Shown here piece by piece: positions 24,728 to 35,668 of a stretch of DNA of 44,607 bases (position 1 is the stretch's first letter; each line of letters starts with the position of its first letter). Source of the DNA: Nemertoderma westbladi (Eukaryota > Animalia > Xenacoelomorpha). The position numbers and the translations under genes are program-made. The notes under the pieces are model-generated. The model was not told the DNA's origin, did no database searches, and was given only the letters and a program-made list of their open reading frames with translations. The stretch spans positions 1 to 44,607 of the forward strand of contig JAUCBJ010005452.1 of NCBI GenBank assembly GCA_032718475.1, written 5' to 3'.

Positions 24728-25001
24728 TTTTACATACACTACTCTCCCTATCACTCACCTCTGGCCGGGCTGCTATGCAATCCTTCCTTACAGTAGTGGT
24801 AGGGGATCCTAATACTATTAATTCCACTGGCTCATCCTCACTAGTTACTGTCTCATACTCCTGTTCACTTACGTCAGTGTCGCTCGCTGCGTCGTCATAG
24901 TCAGCATTGTCGTCGACAATTATATTAATGCTATCGTCAGTTGGCGGTCCAGCCGCCGTCTCATAGCTGTCCTCTAGTGCCTCTTTCGCTGAGACACTCA
25001 T
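24633..25001 (-). CDS. Putative acidic ORF/exon of unknown function in the 5' leader of element B
   Basis: True ATG preceded by acceptor-like TATTATTTAG; D/E/S/T-rich translation; GTATGT donor-like site near 24737 just before the 49-bp array. No homolog recognised. Confidence 0.35.
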   Translation of the reverse strand: MSVSAKEALEDSYETAAGPPTDDSINIIVDDNADYDDAASDTDVSEQEYETVTSEDEPVELIVLGSPTTTVRKDCIAARPEVSDRESSVCKSFCGYNRSFFSAIYCVGVLVDITSHFLRNVP

Positions 25002-28000
25002 AGTCTAAATAATATTTTGCCTTCCGGCTAGAATCTCGCAAAAATTCGAGATATATATATATAATTTAATCGAAAATACGGTTAAATTATTTGTCAAATA
25101 ATTAGTTGGTCTCAAAATGTCAAATAAATTTGCAATATAATATTGGGAATTTAATAGGATATAGTTATAGTAAATACCGGTATAATATTTAAACAAAATA
25201 TTAATTCCATAGCTATTATATAGCATTTAAATACCGGTATGACACAAAATAATTTCTGAATCTAATTCAAAATATTCAAAAAATGAACTTGCCACCCAAA
25301 TATTTCTAATTTTATATATAGCTCTAATCAACGTAATTTTAATTTCAAATATTATGTGTATCCACTAGCGCGTGGCTACACCTTCGGGTTGCGACACTCT
25401 CTCTCTCTCTCTCTAACTTGAGCGATTCAAAAAACCATGGCCGGCTAAACCGAACTATCCTAACAATAAATTGAGTTCAGCTTCGCAGTTAAACAACCGG
25501 TAATTTTTTACTGCTTCCACAAATACAATAATGGTGCCAACAGAACAACTAACCTTGTTTGGTGTGGGATTCCACGTCCGCGTCCAAAGTCTCAGGCTCT
25601 TCGCTGATTACAAACCGAACCTGCAGGCCCACACAAACCCCAAACTCAGAAGCTCCGTCTCGCCATGTATCTCCAGATGGTATAAAACAACTAAGCGGTT
25701 ATCTAACATACTGGTACAAAACTCTAGAATTTATTATAAAAATAATTTTGACCGAAACTGAATTCTCACAAACCTAGCTAAAATTTTTCAAAAAACTTAC
25801 TAATTATAGCTTGCCCTAACGGCCTAATGAACTGCTGTATTTGCGATTAGTAAACGCACTACCGTACATCCCACCGTACGCAGTACAGTAAATAAAAAAG
25901 TACACCAACCTAACAGCCTAAGAATACTGTATGTGGTACAGCAAAACAAATATATTTTCTACCATATGCAGGACAGCAAGTCAGCCTAGTGCACTACTGT
26001 ACCACTGTATTGCGACTAGTGAATACAGTAATCTAACCTAACAGCCTAATAATACACTCTTTACTGTTGCAAGCAACAGCAAATAATCTCATGCTTTACA
26101 GTTAAACTAGCCACCCCTTGACTAACTGTTAAAGACATACAGAAACGTGCTTTACTGTTAAACAGGGGCGATCAGGAGCGCGCTATTACTACTGCAGAAC
26201 TGCTAAATACAAAACTGCTACTTACCGTTGGATGGCGCTAACCTGCCGTCTGCTAATATATTTTACTAATTTTCTACGGCTCCTGCAAATCGCTTGTTCC
26301 TTTCTCTACCGATCACTCCATAGAGAGCTAACTGTTCGAATCTATGAGCCACGCGGGAATAACCAAAACAATACACCCGAATCGGCTCCCTAAGCTACCG
26401 GTACTTAAAACGAGTGTTAGAGGCTTGACACTCAGTGTGTATTCTTATGGCCCAATCTTACTGCTAAAATGCGCAAATAACCACGTCCTTTCTAATCGCA
26501 AATACTGGGGTTCCCTAACGGAAAATGTGAATGTGAGAATATTTAAAATAATCAAAGTGGAGCAGAATGTCTTATTGGGGACTGACGCTATGGGTCTAAA
26601 CTTGCCTTCGGCTGGCTTTAGGCCAGCAATTTACTACTGTGTTCTGTATACTGTGATCTAGCTTATCGACCGCTATTTTCAAATAACCGCCCAGCGTGAA
26701 TAGTTTACAGTACTCCAAATTATTACCTTAACTACTCTCCGCTATGCTGCAATACAAACTCTTAATTTTACTAATTAATTACAGTGTACTAATTACTAAG
26801 TATTCCAGAATGCGCAATTCTAATTTATTACACAACGGGTTACACTAGTAACAGCCTAAATACCGTATTATTTTTGACCTAATCAGTAATTATTTATCGT
26901 AAACTAAGAATAGAAATCAATCAAGGGAAAAGGGCGCCTATCCAAGCATTCATAATTTAATCAGGCACACTTTAGCAACACACCAATCAATGTAACAATC
27001 AATAGTTAATACTTACCAATTTATAGTTCTTAATGTACAATTTACAATCTTCAGTTCACAATTCACAGTTCGCAACTCGCAACCTACAGTTCGCAGTGTA
27101 AAGCATGAAGGCCTCTCCCGGGTACATGTAGGCTTCCTAACTAACCCGATTCCTGCCCCCCTAATACTACAAAATAGAGACAAAATCTGGATCATCAGCC
27201 CCCTAATTACTGTACCAGCGAGCAGTCTTCTCTCTACACTGCTAGCCTTCCGCCCGCAACGGTGACCCCCCACCAGCGTTGCTCGCCCTTTGAATCCTCC
27301 GCACTCCCTTCGTCGCTAAACCCCCAGTGCGCCCGCCGCACCTAGCGGTACCTTAGCCCTCCATCTAATGAGTAGCTACCGTAACGGCGCATACAATCAT
27401 ACAGTCTGACAGTCTAATGAAATCGCGTGGGATTATCGCATCTTAATCACATAGAACCATTAATTAAAGGGTAGAAATCATAGTTCCGATTGTAATTAGC
27501 AGTAATCATTGAGATTAAAATGAGAAACACAGCAAGAAATAAGCAGAAATTACAAATTTGCGAATTATTGCAAGAAAACAATTATAGAATTTACAAAGTA
27601 AATTACAACAGCAACTGAGATTGAGGGACACTGAGATTACATTGCACATACTGGAAAAACGGCCAATTCATAGGTGATTCATGAAGGATGATGCAATAAT
27701 TCTCTGATTGGTTCCCCAATCCGCGCTACCATTAGACCAACCTGGAAGCAGCTATTATTATTAGCCGGATTGTGAACCTATTCCTCCTTGGAATCACAAA
27801 TCGTCACCATATGGTAATTTTGGCGTTGCTTAATTTAGCGGTACTAATAATACGGTACATGAAATCTAATTTAGCGCTAATATAAAAGAAAATAAAACAA
27901 ATATGTAGTTAGTCCTATTGAAGCTAATAACAGCAAGCTTATATCAAGGGTTTCATAGGAAACTTGCTACCGTGGAACTATTTACTTATATTTTACTACA

Positions 28001-28283
28001 AAATTACATAGGTAGGACTACATACTGTATAAAATGGATAAATTCAAAAATATGGGCGTTTTACTTTCCTTATCTAAATATGGTTGCGCGTCTTTCTGGC
28101 TTATCTAAATAATTATACTGTATGATGGCTAATATAGGTACACAGCGCCATATATCGTAACAACAACCGATCCGGTATTTCTCCTGGAGGGTTCTCATTC
28201 TCATATCTTTCAGTTTCGAGAGTAAACCGCTTGTGGTCGCAACTCCTACAAGCATCTTTACAGATTTTCTAGAAAATCTCAAC

Positions 28284-28677
28284 TGTAAGCGGATTCAATT
28301 CCCTGCACTACCCACCGAAAATTGGATTAGTGGCATTTTACCAATTATAGTTGGCGAGGTGACATTACCAATAATAATGTCACCTCACAACCAACTAAGG
28401 CGATAGACGCCGCAAGCCACAGGGAGAGTTGAGAGGTCAAACCATCTCAGAGGGACAAACAGGCTAGCAAGGCTAGCACGTGGGGATAGTCGCAACAGGG
28501 AGTGGTGAGGTGACAATTAATCAGGTTAAGCCAATAATTGGTGGGGAAACACATTGGAGGTGATTAGAGCGCATCTATTGGACAGGCTTCTCAGTAGAGT
28601 AGAACTGATTTAATATGTGTTAATAATAATATAACTGTTGCACTTATTGATTCTAATTCAGTTGGTTTCCATACAGT
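28284..28677 (-). repeat. Putative R/U5 part of the 5' LTR of element B
   Basis: Minus strand reads ATTAAA-TCAGTT ... GCTTACA; long hairpin GAGGTGACATTA-N7-TAATGTCACCTC at 28356-28386. Confidence 0.45.
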
Positions 28678-28914
28678 TGTGAGACCGGGACAGTTTTTAA
28701 CTGTCGTCACTACTGTGCTATTATATTCTGACTGTGTTATTATTACGTTCTGTGATTATAATGACTGACAGTAAAAACTTCGGCCTATTATATATCCAGA
28801 CTACAAGTTTAGCAGCCTACGGACGCGGCGTCACGTATAACACACACCGGTCGGGATTCATGCCAACTTCGTTGGCCAACTGCGGGACTGCCAACTTCGT
28901 TGGATCCTGTCACA
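28678..28914 (+). repeat. Putative short (237-bp) 5' LTR of element C
   Basis: TGTGA...TCACA termini; initiator-like CAGT at 28691; AGTAAA at 28770-28775; lies directly upstream of the plus-strand gag region. Confidence 0.6.
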
Positions 28915-28925
28915 GTTAAAAACTG
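28915..28925 (+). promoter_or_regulatory. Non-tRNA primer-binding site candidate GTTAAAAACTG
   Basis: Immediately follows the LTR end; lacks TGG; exact reverse complement of CAGTTTTTAAC at 28691-28701. Confidence 0.55.
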
Positions 28926-29219
28926 ACCAACAACTCAACAGAAAGAAATAAACTGTGACCACAGCTACCAACAGGAGCGAACACAAGGTCCAGGCCCCAA
29001 GGTCCAGAGGGAGAGACGATCCCGCCGCGAACCCCGAGCGTTAGAGACGACACGATTCGGAAAGCAGCAACGAGGCAGTACTGGCCCGCCACACCGGATT
29101 CGACAACAAGGGACGCTCCGGATGTTGAGGAGGAGGGCGGCCGAGTACGAGGAGGAGAGGAGAGCGAGTCGAAGCGTGATCAGAGCGGCGAACAAGGTAC
29201 CGAAGTAGCTGGCTGACCA

Positions 29220-29962
29220 ATGGCCGAGGGTGGCGAATGGCCCACCAGAACGGCAACAGTGGGGCCGATGGTAAGGCGCCGGATGAGGAGGGAAGGCCAA
29301 GTACAGGAGGAAGACGTCGGGATGAGCAATCGCCTACGACGAGGGTACAACACCACCAGGAGGTTGTTGAAGGAAGCTAGAGAGGGAAGAAAGGTAGACC
29401 AGCCCAAGTTGTACCAGAGGCTAGGTGAGTGCAACAAAAATGTTCGCTACCTAGTCCGATTTGGGCAGGGGGAACTAGCAAGTGAGAGGGTGAGGGGGGT
29501 CGCCACAGAACTGTTCGAATTGTGGCGATCCGAGGTGGTGGAGGCTAGCGTGGTGTATGTAGGGCTTTATCTAGTAGATGCGATGGGAGTCCGTCGCAAC
29601 TGAAAAGTCCACTACATCCTCTGCGAAAGCAAGAAGAGTGTTAGAAATAGATCTGGTATGTCAGCTAGATATTGTTGCGCTGGATCAAAAGGAACTAGAG
29701 AGACATCTGGATGAGTGGACCGCGTTACTAGAGAGGGAGAGGGAGCTAGCGAGAGAGTGGAAAGAGATGGCCGAGAAGGTGGCAAGAGATTATAGAGAGC
29801 GGGAGGCAAGGGAGGCGGAGTGGGCTGAGAAGGAAATAAGTGAGCGCAAAGAGCGTGAGGAGAAAGAAACGAACGAGCGCAGAGAGCAGGAGGTGAAGAA
29901 AGCTGAAAGGATTGCGAGAGAGGCAGAATTGGCTGATCAGAGTATTAGAGAGGATAGAGAGA

Positions 29963-30018
<56 letters not shown>

Positions 30019-33000
30019 GTATGCGGGATGATAAATACCCGGTTGTGGGGGTTAATGCAATATAGTCCCCCCAGCCCAAGTTGTACCAGAGGTTAGGTGA
30101 GTGCAACAAAAATTTTCGCTACCTAGTCCGATTTGGGCAGGGGGAACTAGCAAGTGAGAGGGCGAGGGGGGTCACCACAGAACTATTCGAATTGTGGTGA
30201 TCCGAGGTGGCGGCGGCTAGTGTGGTGTATGTAGGGCCTTATCTAGTAGATGCGAGGGGGATTAAGTTAGTGGGATGGGCAGACCCACACGACACCGAAC
30301 CCGAGGTTAACCCCGAAGATTCGGTGTCGTCGGTTAGCAGGAACGCTAGTAGGCATGGGAAAATTAGTAGGACGAGCAGGCGACGGGAGTCCGTTGCAAC
30401 GGAAAAGTCCACTACATCCTCCGCGAAAGCAAGAAGGGTGTTGCGAGATAGATCTGGCGTGTCAACTAGACATTGTCGCGGTGGATCAAAAGGAACTAGA
30501 GAGACAACTGGATGAGGGGACTGCGCTACTACTGTATAAATCAACAGTGTGAGGCTAATGGCATGGCAGTATAATTAATGTCAACGTGGGGGAAACAGGC
30601 AATTTGCCTAGTGAGGGCAGGGAGGAACGCGGGTAAATAAACCCAGTGAGGATAAAACTAACGTGTCGACTGGAGGGGAACATGGGCATGGGGGCGAGAT
30701 AAGAGGTGATGGGTGGGGGGAAGTGGGCACGGGCACCCCACAACAACCAATTAATGATGAGAGGGGAGGGGGGGCAGAAAACGTCCCACAAGCGTCGGCA
30801 GATAATACGCGCGGTGAGTTAAGTGAATCGTGGTACCCGACGACAGAGGAAAGGGGGGGGGGGGGGCAACAGAGGCCCCACGGGTGTCGGCAGATAATGC
30901 GCAGGGTGAGTTAAGTGAACCGTGGCATCCGACGACAGAGGGTAATGGAAGGACTGCGAATATCCACGGGGCTGTCCAACCAGGCAGAGGGAGGGCTGTT
31001 GGTGCTGTAAGCAGCCAAATGAGGAAACGTCGAGCCCACTTGGAAGATGGAAGAAGGACAGTGGAGTTCATCCAGGAGGTTGATACGAGATCTCATGAAG
31101 GAGGACATTATGCCGATTATACTGGGAGAGATAGTGGAGGCGATAGGGTAGCGCGAATGCCAGCATTGGACCCAGAGGTCATGGCATACATACTGGTTAA
31201 TAGGCAAGAACCTGATAGGCCTATACCGGTACCTGCACACCAGTATGACTATAACATGTAGGGACACAATATATATCCAGGGGAGGGGGGGGGGGGGGGG
31301 TATTGCAGATAGGTGTATGGGCCCCAATATAATTACATCGACACCAGTACCAAACATAACATCGGTGGGGGGGGGGGGGGGCAGGGTGACATTCCCCTAT
31401 TACAGTATCCGCAATATACACAACCAAAAACAAGAACCCCAATCCCCTCAGATCCAAACAAATCATTCGACACAGAGATCTGGAGGGGACCGCTACCCCC
31501 AATGATATATCCCACTCAGGGAAAGTCGACGAACCCGAGAGGCGAAGCACACCCAACATTAAAGGAGCCTGTATCTCTACCGTCGAGCGCTAGAAGTTCA
31601 AGCGATGGGAATGGCATCACTCATCGACACGCAAAAAACTAGAATTGAGCTGCCACCCATAGAGCATTTCAAGTTTGATGGTAGCAAGCCAGAAGAATAT
31701 CTACAATTCCGGGAAAAAGATATTTTGACAAAAAATCTCACACAGACGGAGTGCCTTAAATATCTACAAATCTATACAGGAAAACAAGCTTACGACATCG
31801 TGAGACAATACCAAGGTATTGAAGGAGGATTAACGACTGCATGGAGAGCCCTGGACAGGGAATTTGGCTATCCTGTGAAGATTATCCGACAAACCTTAAG
31901 GGGAATAACATCAGGCGGACTCGCAGACAACCCTTTTAGCATCAAGACTTTCGCTAACAAAGTAGAGAAAGCGCTAATAGTATTATAGACTCTAGATGCA
32001 CCTTACGAACTCAATGCATTGAACAACATCACCACGATAGCGCAGGCACTACCGATCTGGCTGAGAAACAAATGGAGAAAGATCGCTTTCTCCACTCGAG
32101 AAAAGAAAGGTGTGGAGCCAGGATTGAAGGAGGTGTCGAACTTCCTGAACTACGAGCCGGAGCTAATAATGGATCCAGTCTGTCCGTTCAGTCTGTCCGA
32201 ATAACGGATCACTACTATACTGTCCTCACTATAGTAGTGAGGACAGTCTAGGCAAGGTACTGAAAACGGAATTCAGCCTACCTAAACCAGAACATAGTCA
32301 GGCAGATGCATTTCCGAAAGTGAGACAGTCGCTACCACATGCAGCCACACAGGGGACTTCAAGTCCACAGAGAGCTTGGAGTAGAGCCACACCGTGGTAG
32401 GGACAGAAGCAAAGTAACAACACAAACAAATACAAACCCAATACCCCCAGTAGGCCGAGTCCAAGTAACCAAAACACTAAACCACCAGATATGTCAAAGG
32501 CACAATACGTGAAGCGCTATATAAGGAACGCTACAATCCCGAATACAAATGTCAATTGCATCGAGATGGGACACATAAGTCCATAGACTGTAAGCATTGG
32601 CAGGCGATACTCAAACAAGGTTGGATAGCCTACACTGGTAAAAATGGACTATGTCATCGATGCGCGGTAGGAGGTCGCAGAAAGGATGAATGCCAGGAAC
32701 CACCGATAAAATATGCCGAGACTGATGGGACTGGAGGCCAAACCATGGCAACGAGCACCATGGGAGCAAGGAGGAAGAGGACAGTACTACTCGGAGTAGT
32801 ACCAGTGAGAATAATAGGAGAGAACTGGGTATCGGTTATGACATTAATGTTGGTCAATAGTGGAGCAGCGTTCACGCTAACGGAGAGTTGGGTGGCCGAG
32901 AAGATAGGATTACGAACCAGGCCAAGTAAAATGGCGGTGACCACGATCTCAAGCAAAGACGAGGTCATGAAGATGAGGAGGGAATGATGGAGATTGCAGC

Positions 33001-33366
33001 GAGAACGCCAGTGTGCGACTATGGGGCTACCATCGAACGCATTCAGATAATACAGTCGATCAACATTAACGCCAGGCGACCTACGAAGATCGAGATCAAC
33101 CAGTACCAGTACCTGGACGACATCGACTTTTCCGTACTGGAAATGGACGTCCCAAAAGTGTCTCTCAGAGTCTGAATGGACTATCCGAAGGCCCACGAGA
33201 GACTACAAACCATTTTCGGCGATGACAGAGAGCGAGACCCGATGGGCATTCTCACGCCATTTGGGTGGACGCTCACTCGCCCAATTAAGACGAGGACACC
33301 GTTTGGCGTATCCGAAACATCTGGATGCATGCTGTCCGGTACCGTTGAGGACATAGAACAGAAACC
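29220..33366 (+). pseudogene. Degenerate, 3'-truncated Bel/Pao gag-protease of element C
   Basis: VNPEDSVS; FKFDGSKPEEYLQF..LKYLQIYT..AWRALDREFG; LPIWLRNKW; GLCHRC; VLLGVVPVRI..LVNSGA (degenerate DSG); ILTPFGWTL. No RT or IN follows. Confidence 0.85.
29399..30530 (+). repeat. Internal duplication in gag of C (29399-29730 and 30071-30530) flanking a (GA)n microsatellite at about 29955-30016
   Basis: Both copies start CCAGCCCAAGTTGTACCAGAGG; copy 1 lacks 128 bp (30256-30383 in copy 2) between GCGA microhomologies. Confidence 0.88.
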
Positions 33367-33560
33367 AAAGACGGGCGATAGGGAGGTCCCATATGGGAAG
33401 CTGCCCGAGCAGAAGTCAAAGACGAGCGATGGGGAGGTCCCATATGGGAAGCGCCCAAGCAGAAGTCAAAGACGGGCGATGGGGAGGTCCCATATGGGAA
33501 GCGGCCCGAGCAGAAGTCAAAGACGGGTGATGGGGAGGTCCCATATGAGAAGCAGCCCGG
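33367..33560. repeat. 51-bp tandem repeat, about 4 units, with palindrome TCCCATATGGGA
   Basis: Units start at 33367, 33418, 33468 and 33519. Confidence 0.92.
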
Positions 33561-33607
33561 GGAAGGACACCAGGAGTCGGAGATGGGTATGGATCTGGAT
33601 CATATGA

Positions 33608-33802
33608 ATTGTACTTGGGGGAACTATTGTGACACCTCCATTGTTATATAGTGTCTGGTTGGAGATGTGTGCATTGTACTTGGGAGACCCAATATGACAC
33701 CTCCCATGTTATCTGGTGTCTGGTTTTTAGATGTGTGCATTGTACTTGGGGGACCCAATGTGACACCTCCAATGATATCTGGTGTCTGGCTTTAGATGTG
33801 TG
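33608..33802. repeat. 65-66-bp tandem repeat, 3 units
   Basis: TTGTACTTGGG..TGACACCTCC..GTGTCTGG..AGATGTGTG at 33609, 33674 and 33740. Confidence 0.9.
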
Positions 33803-34156
33803 TAGACAATAGTGGCGACCCACTATTGTAGCTACCAGTAAGTAAGTAAGATATAAAATGGTAGCTTAGGGTGAAGCACAAAGACTCGGACTGGTCTGGC
33901 AATAAATATGTGTTTTGGGTATAGGGTAGAGTTGAGTCGGGTTGAGTGTGGCAGTGACTTAAGACAATAACGGGATCAGAAAGGGAAATATAGCGGTCTA
34001 TCTTTGATGTGGGGACATTTAGATAAAGTGATACTAGGGACACGGGCTGGATAACTAATGGCGGCTGAAAACGTGGTTGAATGTACATAAATATAACATG
34101 AATAGTAATATATTGAATAACGTCTAATATAGAATTAATATAAGGATATACTTACA
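33803..34156 (-). repeat. Putative U3 part of the 5' LTR of element B
   Basis: Minus strand starts TGTAAG at 34156, the exact inverse of the CTTACA end at 28284-28289. Inner boundary unknown. Confidence 0.35.
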
Positions 34157-34985
34157 GCTCTAATAGGGTAACGCTACGATTATTGAAACTGGTCCCAACG
34201 GCTTTAATCCTGTTTGTAGTTGCAGTTATCGAACGCAATGCACAATAAAATATTCACGAAATATCGAGTACTTGTACACTACAACACATTATATCACATA
34301 AGTAGTCCAGGCACACCGAGTAAAATATAATCTAAATATTGCTCACATCACAGACAAAACTGCAGGTACTGTAAAATATTGGAAGAATGCTACACACACT
34401 GCATATTGCAATATTTCTCGGGTTTATATACCGCGTATAATCAACTATATGGCATCTACAATTATTACAATAGGGAAATATAAACTAACTAACCAATCAG
34501 AATACGCTACGACTCTTAACTAAGCAAACACATGTTCACTGTAGCCTACAGCCTAGCAATATAACAACCTCATATCCTATTAGCGTTTTGAATCAACTGG
34601 CCAATAAACATGACTCCCTCTGATAAGTATAACAATGGTAAGCAACTGCAGAACGGAATGCAATATGTATGTGTAAAATTAATATGTTGCGCAGTCAATT
34701 ATATGAAATAAGGTACTGACCAGTACACTGCCTCCGTAATTAAAGTGAAACTGAAATTACAAATATAATTATATGAATATAATTGACTGCCTCCCGGAAT
34801 ATGTGTAACGTATTACGAAACTACAAACACAACAGGGCCTATATAGTTACAAACTGAAAGTAAATTAAATGTGATTCTATATATACCAAATATACTATAC
34901 AACTGCATATAAAATAGTGAACAACTGCGATTAAAGACAAGCTTTCCTCACGCACACTATAATCACGCATATTATACATACAACA
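34157..34985 (-). repeat. Putative 3' LTR of element D (probably truncated by element B)
   Basis: Minus strand GGTGGGGACGGTACG then TGTTG at 34985; CCAAT at 34493; TATATAAA at 34423-34430; ATTAAA at 34203-34208. Confidence 0.5.
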
Positions 34986-34992
34986 CGTACCG

Positions 34993-35118
34993 TCCCCACC
35001 GAATTGCCCAACCAAGGACCTTAAGCTGAGGATGTTACACACACACACCAATCCCCACCGAATTGCCCAACCAAGGACCTTAAGCTGAGGATGTTACACA
35101 CACACACATACAACCCCC

Positions 35119-35149
<31 letters not shown>

Positions 35150-35152
35150 ACC
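34993..35152. repeat. 59-bp direct duplication next to the PPT, followed by poly-C and (CA)n
   Basis: TCCCCACCGAATTGCCCAACCAAGGACCTTAAGCTGAGGATGTTACACACACACAC at 34993 and 35052. Confidence 0.9.
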
Positions 35153-35668
35153 AATAGGGAAGGAAAGCTTGCACTTTATGAATACTTATAACTATATTTT
35201 ACCTAGCACACTACCTATAACTTTTAATAATAAAAATAATTAATTCAGATATACATTGAAATTCTCACTGTCGCTGCAATAAGTTTTAAACAATAAAATA
35301 ATGTTAGATTTATTAAATTTGATAAAATTCAACAGGAGCCGTTGGGACATTTAATATACGAGATTAAGTGAACTATATAACGTACAAAGATTACTGATTA
35401 AGTTATTTATAATAATAGTGCCGTACAGTACAAATCAGGTCAACGAATCAAATAGTAATCAAAATAATCAAATAGCTACTCATAGTGTTCCTTCGAAGTT
35501 GATACATCGAGTTATTGATGTCCTTTTAACTCAATAGTTAAGTGAATATCTGCCGAAATGAAACGAATTAACGCACCACTTAACCGCTAACCACAAGCTG
35601 TATGTGATTCGATATTTATACACCGAGCCAACCAACTATATCTGACCCATATGGCTGTTATATTTGAA

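Larger units (their letters stand above)
22135..24901. repeat. Tandem segmental duplication, copy 2 (contains the ATAA-flanked element)
   Basis: Offset 1917 bp from copy 1; junction GTCATAGT-A-GTTGAAAC at 22134. Confidence 0.95.
13456..34156 (-). mobile_element. Bel/Pao element B including long 5' leader and inferred split 5' LTR
   Basis: Coding region is secure. The outer boundary is inferred from a TGTAAG (28284) ... CTTACA (34151-34156) terminal inverted pair and a minus-strand ATTAAA near 28608. Confidence 0.55.

Noticed and set aside
33608-33640. PPT plus 3' LTR start of element C (TTGGGGGAACTAT-TGTGACA)
   Set aside because: The following sequence does not match 28678-28914 and the motif is part of a 66-bp tandem unit.
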